64,000 bases of DNA. Source: Octopus sinensis (taxonomy: Eukaryota). The notes under the pieces were generated by a model. The model was given only the letters and a program-made list of their open reading frames with translations, did no database searches and was not told where the DNA came from. Positions 1 through 12,710 of the stretch are shown piece after piece. The stretch's first letter is position 1, and every line of letters starts with the position of its first letter. Location: contig NC_043005.1 of NCBI RefSeq assembly GCF_006345805.1, positions 25,792,001 to 25,856,000 on the forward strand, read 5' to 3'. A program made the translations under genes and the position numbers.

Positions 1-509
1 GTCTTACTCTCTCTCATTATAATATCTCTCTACCTACAACCATCTAAATAGATTTAAAAAGAAAGTTATTTTACATTTTTAATCAGTATTATTAAGCAAG
101 TACATATTAAGCAAATACATATTTTGTCTTGTATTCTGACCCTAATTCAACCATAAATATCGACTTCCTAATATATTGTAAAATATTATTTGATTAGATA
201 TTTATATGAATTTTTTGCTCATCTTTTACCGTATATTTTTATACTAACATTTGATATTTTTGTGTGCGCCTGTGTTGTTTTTGTTATTGTTGTTGTTGTT
301 ATTGTTGTTGTTGTTGTTGTTGTTGCTTGTTTTATTTGTTACTATTTTGAAATTATTTGTGGCTTCAGATATTGATTTTATTGTAGAGGTACATGTTTCC
401 ATCTATTGAAAATTGAAATGTACAGACAAGTACACGCAAGCACATATACAAACATACACATATAAAAATGTATTTGTATGAATGAATACATACATACATA
501 TCTTTACCT

Positions 510-724
510 TTTTTTTATCTTTTATCTTTTACTTGTTTCAGTCATTTGACTGCGGCCATGCTGGAGCACCGCCTTTAGTCGAGCAAATCGACCCCAGGAC
601 TTATTCTTTGTAAGCCCAGTACTTATCTATCGGTCTCTTTTTGCCGAACCGCTAAGTGACGGGGACGAAAACACACCAGCATCGGTTGTCAAGCAATGCT
701 AGGGGGACAAACACACCCACACAT

Positions 725-819
<95 letters not shown>

Positions 820-881
820 TACGACAGACTTCTTTCAGTTTCCGTCTACCAAATTCACTCAGAAGGCTTGGTCGGCCTGGG
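510..881 (-). mobile_element. Octopus tRNA-derived SINE, family A, 5'-truncated
   Basis: Shares body and tail (…GGCGGTGCTCCAGCATGGCCGCAGTCAAATGACTGAAACAAGTAAAAG) and the internal (TA)n with the other copies in the window. Confidence 0.85.
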
Positions 882-1162
882 AAATATATTAATATTTAGC
901 AGAAGTAACAGAGTAACACCAGGAGTGAGAATTTCGTGCATTCTTACTAAGTGTCAACGCGCTAAAACCTCAGAGCTTGGGTCATTCAGTTGTTTCTGCT
1001 AAACATTGATAAAAACATACATATACTAATTCAATTCAGTCCTATGTTTTCTGTTTGCCCTAACATACTTCTCTTTATTTCTTTCACTCTCTCACACAAA
1101 ATCTCTCAGTCTGTGTGTGTTTATATATATATATATATATAAATATATATATTTATTATATA

Positions 1163-1222
1163 GAAGGAGCTTCTACAGGACTAGAACTGTTTCATTCAAG
1201 AGAAATCTTCAGGAAGCACCTG
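1163..1222 (-). ncRNA. Type I hammerhead ribozyme-like motif (probably Penelope-derived)
   Basis: GCTTC-CTGAAGA-TTTC(TCTT)GAAT-GAAA-CAG(TTCTAGTC)CTG-TA-GAAGC. All core nucleotides are present, with a 5-bp stem I, 4-bp stem III, GUA triplet and AATAAA just downstream. Confidence 0.7.
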
Positions 1223-1271
1223 AATATATATATTTATTTATTTATTTGTGTGTGTACGTGTGTGTGTGTGC

Positions 1272-1302
<31 letters not shown>

Positions 1303-1651
1303 AAGAAACATATCTAAACCGATGGATACCCCTAAACCAGCTACTAAGTATCCCACTCGTGAGGGATCGGTGCTAAATTGGTCGAAACAATAGCAGTGAT
1401 TAATAAACATTCTCCCTAGAACTGTTTCATTCAAGAGAAAATCTTCAGGAAGCACCTGAATATATATATTTATTTATTTCTTGTGTGTGTACGTGTGTGT
1501 GTGTGCGTATGTGTGTGTGTGTGTGGTGTGTTGTGTGATGAAGAAACATATTAAACCGATGGATACCCCTAAACCAGTACTAAGTATCCCACTCGTGAGG
1601 GATCGGTGCTAAATTGGTCGAAACAATAGCAGTGATTAATAAACATTCTCC
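1181..1651. repeat. Tandem duplication of a ~235-bp unit (1181-1415, 1416-1651)
   Basis: Both units start CTAGAACTGTTTCATTCAAG and end TAATAAACATTCTCC; they differ mostly by 1-nt indels. Confidence 0.9.
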
Positions 1652-1661
1652 TAACTTCTGT

Positions 1662-1711
<50 letters not shown>

Positions 1712-2137
1712 ATCAAATATATGGAATAATACTTGCCTCCCAAACCCTCTTTCAGGGGCCGAAGGGATGATAGTGAAGAGGAAGGGAAAACTGTAGTGAA
1801 GAAGTGACTCAACGAACAGTCAACAGAATTTTACGGGGCAGGGATACATGCTCTCATTCGAAGTGAGGAACATTGCTATTAAGAGAAACGGTAACTATGT
1901 TGAACAGTAGGGATGTGATTCACAGAGGACCAGCTTCATTTTGATGTATGATACATGTTCCTTCGTTGGTAATGATAACAGTCCTAAACAAAATGGCATT
2001 ACATTTTGACTCACCCTCTTACATTTGTACACACACGCATATACAATATGAAGGCATATTCATACACCTCTATTTCAATGTGCATATGTATATGTGTGTG
2101 TCTGACTGTGTGTATGAGTATACACACACACACACAT

Positions 2138-2235
<98 letters not shown>

Positions 2236-2672
2236 AGAAATGTGTATATACATGTTTGAATGTACGCATGCATGCACGTATAGATATATATGTGTGCAAT
2301 GTGTATGTATGTATGTATGTATGTATGTATGTATGCATGTATCTATGTATCTATGTATGTGTAGGTATGTACGTATGAATGAATGAATTTCTAAGTTTTC
2401 CCCGAAATATTGACTTCACTCTCGAAGATAAGTTCAAATCGATCGCTCTGACCTGCTTTCTTCTTAACCAGCTTGTTGTCATCATTATCTAAGTGCAATA
2501 TATTGTTCGATCGCACACAACACCCCTGTCTAACTGCATCACGCATGTGCATTGCACACCGACTGCCTTCTATCTATTTTTACAGCATTTCTCCAAACTT
2601 TCCATCAATCATTCGCTCTACTACTTTATCTAGATCAATTCATCTATCTATATCTCTCTATTATCTCTCACC

Positions 2673-2708
<36 letters not shown>

Positions 2709-2894
2709 GTATCTATGTATCTATCTACCTATATTCACGTACTCTCTTCTATTCTTTCCCAATATTCGTTAACTTTTGATCATTCCTGAAACACTTATAA
2801 GATTATTTTAATTCGACATTGTGATGCATTTCATGTGACTTAAATTACATGTCCACGCGTATTGTTATTACTGACGTTGTTGTTGTGATTTAAC

Positions 2895-2954
<60 letters not shown>

Positions 2955-3638
2955 CATTGCCTTTGCACAGTTTCTAGCGCTGGAGATGTAACACGGTGTC
3001 TGCTGTTCACTACCAGTGAACTAAGGTAACATCTCACATTTTTAGAAGGCAAATTTAAATGTGAAAACATCCAAGAACCAGCCTTGGCGCTGGTGAAACG
3101 CAGTATTTCATTGATGCAGCTTGACAATTAAGCTAAAAGAAGACATGTTTCCGACATATTCACTCATTTGGCATCCATTCCGGGTAGTCTTGTCTAATTG
3201 TCACGCTAAGTCTACCTGAAGATTACACCAGTTTACAAGCATCTATATACGTGTATATATACCGAACAACTTACTTTATTATACAAAGTACAAAGGGTTC
3301 AATTGATCAATCATCTCGAACAGTAATAAGTCGTAACATATGGGAGGTTCATTTGCTGATCAATGGACTGCTCTACTAAGTACTAGACTAAATAAAAGAA
3401 TGCATATATGCAAGTGTGTGTGTACGTGTATGTGAGTGTGCATAAGTGTGCTGGTGTGTTTTACATGTGCGTAAATAAATTTATTAGAATGTGTTCTAAT
3501 ATTATATAGTATTTGTTTCAATGTGGATGTAGACACCCTGCTCCCTCTTATCCTTCCAACACCATTCTGAGGACTCGATTAGAAGCAGAAAATATATATA
3601 CGTTTCAGAATAATGAGAGAATGTAAAAAACACCTTAC

Positions 3639-3749
3639 CTCGTTTTCATCGGCAAACTTCCTTAGACCGTCCCATATCAATTTTAAGGTTTCCCTCGCCT
3701 CGTTATGTTTTGGACCATCAGTTGGCCATGAATGCAAGTCGCAGATTTT
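3639..3749 (-). CDS. cex: Calexcitin coding exon 3 (KICDLHSWPTDGPKHNEARETLKLIWDGLRKFADENE)
   Basis: Acceptor TTTTCTTCAG and donor GAG|GTAAGG, phase 0 at both ends. Matches squid calexcitin residues 41-77 including Thr61. I found no following exon in 1-3638, so the gene continues beyond the window. Confidence 0.95.
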
Positions 3750-4960
3750 CTGAAGAAAAGTATAAGCATAGGTGTAACTATACAGCAAGCAAGTAGATAT
3801 CAATTTAGATTGTGAAAATGAAGAATATTAAAAAAAGATTCCGCTGTAAAACAGATTCAATTGAAAACATATCAATAATAGAGCTTCACTTATTCGTTCG
3901 ACTTACTAGAAATAGCAACAAAATCACCCTTGGAATACACCATACCGTCTTCTCAAAAAGGTACAATGGAGTCCATGTTATATTGTCCGCAAAAGGAGAA
4001 AGATCACAAATGGTCTATTTTTTATCCTAGGACTGTCCATTTATGGCCATGCCAGAGAAGGAGTTTTGTTCAGGTATGTTGCATAGGGGCAATTAGAACC
4101 AGTTTCAAATTCTACATGTGAAACCCTGGTTTCTTCTTTTTAATAGAGCTTAGAAGACTATCTACTGTTCCATTCGTAATGTAACCAGAACAATATTATA
4201 AAGGGGTTTTTTTTCCTTTATTTAAGATAGTGTAATATGATATTCGTACTTCTCACCAAACGCAGAAACAAAATCGTGAAAATGAATGGAAAGAAACTGT
4301 CTTTTATATCCATTTTTTACAGAGGCTTCCGTTTTTTATTCTTCCATAATTTGTTACGCATACAATATAGGACGTGCTTCATTCTCAATACCAAAAATCC
4401 TCGCAACTCAGAGGTAATTGAGTAAAGGAAACATAATAAATTATTCATAAGTAATTTTTTTTTAACCTTTGGGCATTTAAACGTTTCTTTTTTATTATTT
4501 TAGAAGGAGTTCGAGCCTCGAAACAAATTCAAATCTATTGCATGAAGAAGTGATTGGAGAGAGGATCGATTAAGAAGTTTTGATATTCAAAGCTAGCGAG
4601 TATATTTTTGCTATGCATTTAAAAGATAGTGAAATGTTATAAACGGTGGAACATAACAAGCAATACACTTCCAAATTATAAGTTCTACAAAATCTATGGC
4701 AGCCAATTTTTAATGGTCTTTCTTTTTCTTTAAAGCATGTTATACATAAATATGTATTTGTGAGTCATTTCCAGTTTCCCTGCTTAGCTGTATTAAGTTG
4801 CCGCTAAAGGGTTCAAATCACGACTAGAATACCGTAGGTATTCATACATTCGGAGTCGGTAAAATAAATAACAATTACTTTACCAAGAATAATCTTTGCT
4901 TACAAACTTGTGCGTCGGTAAGCATGCACCAGTATGCCGATAGATTATATATAATTTATA

Positions 4961-5348
4961 AGGCGGTGAGCTGGCAGAAACATTAGCGCGCCGGGCGAAA
5001 TGCTTAGCGGTATTTCGTCTGTCGTTACGTTGTGAGTTCAAATTCCGCCGAGGTCGACTTTGCCTTTCATCCTTTCGGGGTCGATAAAACTAAGTACCAG
5101 TTACGCACTGGGGTCGATGTAATCGACTTAATACCTTTCTCTGTCCGTGTTTGTCCCCTCTGTGTTTAGCCCCTTGTGGGTAATAAAGAAATAGGTATTT
5201 CGTCTGTCGTTACGTTCTGAGTTCAAATTCCACCGAAGTCGACTTTGCCTTTCATCCTCTCGGGGTGGATAAATAAAGTACCAGTTTCGCACTGTCTGTC
5301 CTTGTTTGTCCCCTCTATGTTTAGCCCCTTGTGGGTAGTAAAGAAATA
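4961..5348 (+). mobile_element. tRNA-derived SINE family B with partial internal tandem duplication
   Basis: Head AGGCGGTGAGCTGGCAGAA with B-box-like GAGTTCAAATTCC. Central GTCGACTTTGCCTTTCATCCTTTCGGGGTCG resembles the Meta/MESC SINE domain and occurs twice. Confidence 0.8.
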
Positions 5349-8300
5349 TATATATAATTTCTCATATATACACACTAGTATTCAGTCTATGACTGCCATT
5401 ATATTATATGAATGTACGTACCTATATAAACTTAGAGTAGCGTGAATTTGTTATACTGTACGTTCATCCTGAGTCGCGCGTTGTCAATTGTGAAAAGAAC
5501 TTGCAGGACAGTGTTATGTATGTATAAGTGTGTGTGTGTGGATTAATGAAAGACGAAAACATGAAATACACTTCATTAAATCAGAATAGAGTATCAAATT
5601 TCTTTAAAAATAATGGCGAATGGTTAACGAATTTTTCCGCAGAACTTATCGTAATTTCCTATTTAAATGTGTTGACCTTTCTATGACCGGAAGCAATTTA
5701 GAAAACAATGTTTGTCAAGTTTGTAAGACATCATTAACTTACGAAATAATTGATTGTTAGCGAGTTTTGATTTATTCAGTAGCTAAAACAAAACGGAAGA
5801 AAATAACCATCATCTCTTGTCATAAATCATTAAAAAATCGAAATTAAAAATTGTGATTTATTATTATGACTAATTTCTATTTAATATCAATTGGAGAATC
5901 GTTTAGACTTCAACGATGGTATTGAAAGTAGACAGCGAAGCAAAATGTAAACCATTATGAATAATTAATCTATGTAAATCAACGCATATCCAGATTTGCC
6001 ACAACAACCAATACATCATATAATTTACAATATATTGCCTGGGTTTCGTCATGAAATGAATGTGGAGTCTGCTCATATTATATTTCGTTCCTTCTTTTAT
6101 TTTTTTAATCTTCAAATTGGATGTTATCTTAATTATATATAAGTGAATATCGTTAACTGATGACGTTCGGCTAAATACAAATCTTAGTGTTTAATTAAAT
6201 GCTACAATAACAGGACGACGCGTAATAAACTCTATATTTCTTTCAAGACAAACAAGAAATATATATCAGAAATCGATTCATCAATCCCATTGTTTGAAAG
6301 ATAATTCTGGAAAAAATATTGTAACGTAGAACAATGTGACAATGGTTAAGAAAAGCCAAATGTCTTAATGTTATCCAAACAATACGGATGAAAATACTGT
6401 TTACAAATCAGGCATTTAAATGACAATCAGATTCACCTTTTCTCTTCACATTTAGATAATGGCTTTCTGAAATTTCGTTATTTTCGCCAAACTATCATAC
6501 TTGATATGTCATATTGCACGAAATGCAACGTATTCTCACCAATCTGTATTCCTATTTCAGCTTTGTGATGTTCCAAAGTGAATATGAACCACTTTCACCC
6601 CAGCCTCCTATCATTGTACAAAGGTTTCTAAAACGTTGCTGACGTATTAATTTTTACTTTCACAGAGGACGAATCAAAATAATTATGGTAAGTCCGTGCC
6701 AACATTTTGGTAGTTACGCCTCTTGCAATGGCACAAAATTATTATAGTTGCACCTCTTGGAATTAGATTTAAATACGTTTTCTCTATATGTAATCTATAA
6801 ATCTCAAACGTAAGTTAACGCTTGCTTTAAGATAATCAGTAAATGTAATTCTGAAACTTGTGGGAGTAAAATCTACAATATTAAAGATTAACCATGAGAG
6901 ACGGATAGACATGTGTTGTATTTTGTGAAATGCCAACATGAACAACAAAATGTTTTTGCTGGTTTTTAACTCAATTTTTATGATTAGTTCAATATCTTAT
7001 CATAGTCCATTTTGACAACCATTTAGGCATGATCAGTGTAGTAATTCATTAAGAACTAACTCTTGGTATAAATTCCAAAACGTCACTCTCTAACATCGCT
7101 AATTTGCATACATGCATACCGCAGCGTATGTTTTGTTTGCATCTGTGTGATGTATTGTTTACATATGGCAAAGAATCGTTATTTTGATGAATTTGTTAGT
7201 AGAAATTACCGAGAGGATAGTATATCTGTCAATAGATTAATGGCTCGAATTCTATTGGCGCTCTATGTGATGAAAATGTCAAAAAATGTTAAAGCAAGCA
7301 GTTGTTGATATATTAGTGTATATTTCTTGTGTATATTTCCCCATGTGAAGATCAGAAGGTATAATTTTAAAGCTCTACCAAATATATGGCAACCAATTGT
7401 TGATAATGTTTCTTTCAAACATACCATGAACCTTAGTTTCTGTTAGTGATGCGATCGTTCAGTAGAGGTAGGCTAAATGCTATGAAATGCTCACATATGG
7501 GACCAAATAAATTGTGAGATATATTAAATTGGACTCCAGCACACCCGAGGCAGTAATGTAATCTAATGAAGAGCAAAGCCTGAATATTTCTCCGACTCTC
7601 CATCCACAAGTGAATTAGAAACAGAGGACAAGTGGTTAAGTTAGTAAGCCAACCTCTGAATGATCAAAAATGGGAAGCTATTTGAGAGGTCTATGTTGAC
7701 CTTAATGGCAATATCACTTCCCAATTCTTTGCCGCATAAAGAACCAGCTTTGCCCTGTGTTGCAAGAGAAGACAGCTGGTATAGATGGTAGATCTTACAT
7801 TTTCCTGGGAAGTGGATATTTAACACGCTTTCCTTTACAGTGAGTTGGTTGAATTCTGAGAAAAAATGGATGGGAAGCAGTATTCTTTTCTGTTCTGATA
7901 GGTATTAGAAGATTTCATGGAACTAAGATTTACTCTATGCTCAGGAGCCCTGTTCTAGCAGCGAAGAAGAGGAAAATGTCGCCAAAAAATTGTCAGATGC
8001 CGCTGAGAAAACAAGCCCTGCATCTGGCTCAAGCGAGAAGGCAAGTAGTGCTGCATTAACGAACTTTCAAGACTATAACAACATTTAACCCAGAGTGTCA
8101 GTATCTAACTCAACAAAGTTCACCCTGTTCTGCGGGAGTTATCTTGCCTACATCGGTGAGTGACCCTGGAACGCTTTTGTTATCGTATTGGAAGAAACAC
8201 CTTCAGAGCTGCTTTACAGCTAGATGAGACATCGACTCTTACACTCGGAGACGAAGTACAACAACACTATCATATTTATATTTACGTTCTGGATATCAGT

Positions 8301-8360
8301 GATTGAAGAACGCATTTAAAGCCTACAGTGAGTTCCTTTAATGTACTATCTTAGCTAAAA

Positions 8361-8602
8361 TACTGGGTTGGTGCGACTTTTTTTTTCAACAAATTTTATT
8401 CAACTAAAACGATAATAATATTTAACAAAAAAAAAACATCTTTAAATGACGGTCTGACTGTCTGCCAAGCAAATGGGATGCAATAATTGAAGTAGATGGT
8501 GAATATGCTCCAGAATCATTTAAAGGTGATTTTGTTACATGTTATTGTTTTTGTTGAATGAAGTTTGTTAAAACAAAGCCGCAATAATTATGCACCAGCC
8601 CA
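8361..8602 (+). mobile_element. Internally deleted mariner element (Hsmar1-like TIRs)
   Basis: TIRs TGGGTTGGTGC... / ...AAGCCGCAATAATTATGCACCAGCCCA. Internal LPSKWDAIIEVDGEYAPE resembles a mariner transposase C-terminus. Confidence 0.7.
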
Positions 8603-8776
8603 CTGCATTAGAAAAATTGACATTGCTGTTTTAGTTAGTGGGGTAATTTGGCAAAGGTAGAGGTATCGAGGAACTGATATGAATATCCAAAGCAGTAAAA
8701 TCGCCTGTATTGGAATTATTTGTTGTTTAATACATGTCGCCTGTATTATGCATTGTAGAACTACAATATATGATAT

Positions 8777-9054
8777 GCGCCTGCTTTAGTGGTTAGGGTA
8801 TTCGCTCATGAATGTGAGGCCATAAGTTCGATTCCCGGCGGTGCGCTGTGTCCTTGAGCAAGGTATTTTATTTCACGTTCTTCCAGTCCACATAACTGGC
8901 GCGAATGAGTTGTACCTGTATTTCAAGGGGCCAGCATTAAGGATACACGTGTCTGTGGAGCGTTCATGCACTTGCACGTTAATTTCATAATCAGGCGGTT
9001 CCGTTGATCGGATCAACTGGAACCCTCGTCATCGTAACCGACAGAATGCCAACC
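8777..9054 (+). mobile_element. tRNA-derived SINE family C
   Basis: A/B boxes (TAGTGG; GTTCGATTCC), TGTGTCCTTGAGCAAG core, tail shared with the 53818-54110 and 29259-29600 copies. Confidence 0.75.
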
Positions 9055-9226
9055 ATATGCATGTATGTAAGTGTGTATGTGTGTAGGTATAAGATTTGCA
9101 TATATGCATATGTATATATAATTAAGTAAAGGTAATAAACCTCATTAAGGGATCATAAATCCAACGAAAATATTGGTTTGTTACCAATCTATAGAAAGAA
9201 ACCGTGGTTTATATATTTATATATTT

Positions 9227-9386
9227 AAAGAATAAGGAGAAAACGGAGAGGCATTTGATAAAATTAATTATTAATTATAAAATATGGCATCTCTGACAAG
9301 TGTTTCGAAACAGCTGTCAGAGATGTCATTTTGTATAATTAATAAACAATTTTATTAATTACCTCTCCACTTTCTCCTTATTCTTT
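9227..9386. repeat. ~160-bp foldback palindrome
   Basis: AAAGAATAAGGAGAAA...TCTCTGAC / GTCAGAGA...TTTCTCCTTATTCTTT around a central TGTTTCGAAACA. Confidence 0.8.
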
Positions 9387-9418
9387 ATATATGACGATAT
9401 CCTTATACACACACACAC

Positions 9419-9458
<40 letters not shown>

Positions 9459-10329
9459 TACACACACAGTGAGAAGATGTGAGAGATGGATAAATAAATA
9501 GATACATAACCAAACATAAAATAAAACCCAGACATATTTTATTTTAGACACATCAAGTTACGTATGAGACTATAAAAAAGCGTTCAACGCCATAAACTTC
9601 TATACGCGAATATATAAACTTCTATACATTATCATATTCTCTCTACACAACAATAAAGCTTTACATCATGATAGGACACCATAACCAATTATACGCATCT
9701 ATACCTCATTAGCTGCCTGTATAGCAGTATCCTAAGATCTAACTCATTATCATTCTTATCTCAGTCAAATATCTAATGAAAATACACTATGTCGCTTCTG
9801 CTTATTTTTACGACCAACGTGATGGTTTTACTTCATTTAATCAGTATTTTTTATGATTAAGCTAACATCTGTGTTATTGCTGTTACTTAGCTCCAGATTA
9901 GCTCTTATCAGGACGACCTATCGTCAAAGCAATCAACCGTGACCATATTTATTTATCTATTTATTTATTTATTTATCTATTTATTCATTTATCTATCTAT
10001 TTATTCATTTATCTATCGATTTATTTATTTATTTAGTCAGTTTGAAGTATGCTATTCTATTTTTTTTAAATGGTATTTTCCTACTGATTTTTACTATGCT
10101 GGACTTCCCAGATCAAGGATTGTGGTGCTTTATGTCTGCCTGATATATAAGTTATCGTTCTGTGTTTATAGAATGGCAAAATGATATATTTAATATCAGA
10201 TGCAAGTAAATATGATTTTACACCGGTATGCACAGCAACGGACATAGATACGAACACGTGCAAAGAACTGCAACACACATACACACAGAGACATATACAT
10301 GTATTTATATATGTGTATGCGTGTATACC

Positions 10330-10379
<50 letters not shown>

Positions 10380-10387
10380 CATATAGG

Positions 10388-10503
<116 letters not shown>

Positions 10504-10636
10504 TATATATATATATGTATGTATGTATGTATGTATAAGTTCAGCAAAATTTAGATTCAGTTGAATATGGTACTTAAGTTAAAGACACCAGAATTTAGTA
10601 TGGTATTATTGATATAATTCAAAATGGAGTGATTAG

Positions 10637-12287
10637 AATCAAAATAAGCAACAAGGATACCCAGAGGTAATGCAGTACGATCGTTTCAGGCGACTCTATT
10701 TAATTGAACAATGCAAATATTATATCAGTTTTAAAATGTAGAGCTATCTTCAACTGCATAAAAATATAGAATTTAGTTAAATTCAAAGGATTCATTTGTA
10801 TAGTTATTCTATTAACCAAAATCACAAAATGGATAAGTAGATAGACAAAGAACATGTTTCATCAACCGCATCATAGTAGTAACTGATATTTTTTCGTAGG
10901 AGAACACTGCTTACCATTGATATTACTTTGTTATTTAGATTCTTTATTGGTGGGGGTTCTAATTTTATAGACTAGTTTATCAAGCCTAATGGAAACTAGA
11001 ATCTATCTTTTATGGATAGAGTAAAAAAGACAGTTTAAGTGGCAGAGTCATAAATCAAGATCCCTTTGAAGTAGAAACCATTCGGGTTGAGTAAGAATAT
11101 ATTTCAACCAAAATTTGTAGGCTAAAGCTGATGGAGTAGGGAGAATAAAACTTATGATACTTAACTATTTGACAGCCATAACCCCAATGATGATTTCCAA
11201 TATATAGGTACATCTTAGAGTGTTTTCTCACCAAAAATCAGAATAATTTCAGTATTTTACACACTATAGGGATGGAGAATATAGAAATAATTTCATATTT
11301 ATATAAATTTCTATACCAACCCAATATATATTTATAGTTAATTAGTAAATAGCAATTTATTGGTATTAATGAGTTAAATTAAAGGAATATGTTAAAAATT
11401 TCATGTATTTTCTATATGCTAATAATCTTAGAATATATTTCTTGCATTATAAATAGATAGTGAAATATATCATTATGGTTCTGTATAGGTTGAGTGTGAA
11501 ATCTGTAGAAACATATTATCTATAAAATGATATAGCTGGTAAATAAGTAAGAAAAAATGGTTTAAAATTACTATTTACTAATTAACTATAAATATATATT
11601 GGGTTGGTATAGAAATTTATATAAATATGAAATTATCTCTATATTCTCCATCCCTATATTGTGTAAACTACTGAAGTTATTCTGATTTTTTGTGAAAAAA
11701 ACTTTCTAAGATGTACCAATATATTTCAAATTATCATTGGGGTTATGGCTGCCAAATAGTTAAGTATTATAGGTTTTACTCTCCCTACCTCATCAGCTTT
11801 AGCCTACAAATTTTGGCTGAAATATATTCTTACTCAACGCGAATGTTTTCTACTTCAAAGGGATCTTGATTTATGGCTCTGCCACTTAAACTGTCTTTTT
11901 TACTCTATCCATAAAAGATAGATTCTAGTTTCCATTAGACTTGATAAACTAGTCTATAAAATTAGAACCCCCACCAATAAAGAATCTACATAACAAAGTA
12001 AAATCAATGATAAGCAGTGTTCTCCTATGAAAAAATATCAGATACAACTATGATGTGGTTGATGAAACATGTTCTTTGTATATCTACTTATCCTCTTTGC
12101 GATTTTGGTAAATACAATAACTATACAAATGAATCCTTTGAAGTTAACTAAATTCTATATTTTTATGCAGCTGAAGATAGCTCTACATTTTAAAACTGAT
12201 GTACTATTTTTATTGTTCAATTAAATGGAGTCGCATCAAACGATCGTACTGCATTACCTCTGGGTATTCTTGTTGCTTATTTTGATT
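10637..12287. mobile_element. Long foldback element: ~720-bp inverted arms (10637-11358 / 11565-12287) with ~206-bp spacer
   Basis: The arms are reverse complements along their whole length, roughly 90% identical by eye. The right end abuts a SINE inserted in (TA)n. Confidence 0.85.
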
Positions 12288-12295
12288 ATATATAT

Positions 12296-12710
12296 AGGCG
12301 CAGGAGTGGCTGTGTGGTAAGTAGCTTGCTAACCAGCCACATGGTTCCGGGTTCAGTCCCACTGCGTGGCATCTTGGGCAAGTGTCTTCTGCTATAGCCC
12401 CGGGCCGACCAATGCCTTGTGAGTGGATTTGGTAGACGGAAACTGAAAGAAGCCTTTCGTATATATGTATATATATATTTATGTGTATATGTGTGTGTAT
12501 GTTTGTGCGTCTGTGTTTGTCCTCTTAGCATTGCTTGACAACCGATGCTGGTGTGTTTACGTCCCCGTCACTTAGCGGTTCGGCAAAAGAGACCGATAGA
12601 ATAAGTACTGGGCTTACAAAGAATAAGTCCCGGGGTCGATTTGCTCGACTAAAGGCGGTGCTCCAGCATGGTCGCAGTCAAATGACTGAAACAAGTAAAG
12701 AGAAAGAGTA
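12296..12710 (+). mobile_element. SINE family A, full length
   Basis: AGGCGCAGGAGTGGCTGTGTGGTAAG head, GGTTCAGTCCC B box, CCTTGGGCAAG-like core, GTAAAAGA-type tail. Confidence 0.9.

Noticed and set aside
1-3638. Search for calexcitin exon 4 (DEQVTKEEWLKMW...)
   Set aside because: No matching minus-strand frame was found; it is presumably outside the window.
8200-8360. ALQLDETST...EFL*C resembling hAT/Charlie transposase
   Set aside because: Too short and frameshifted to support; part of the apparent match is the adjacent mariner TIR.
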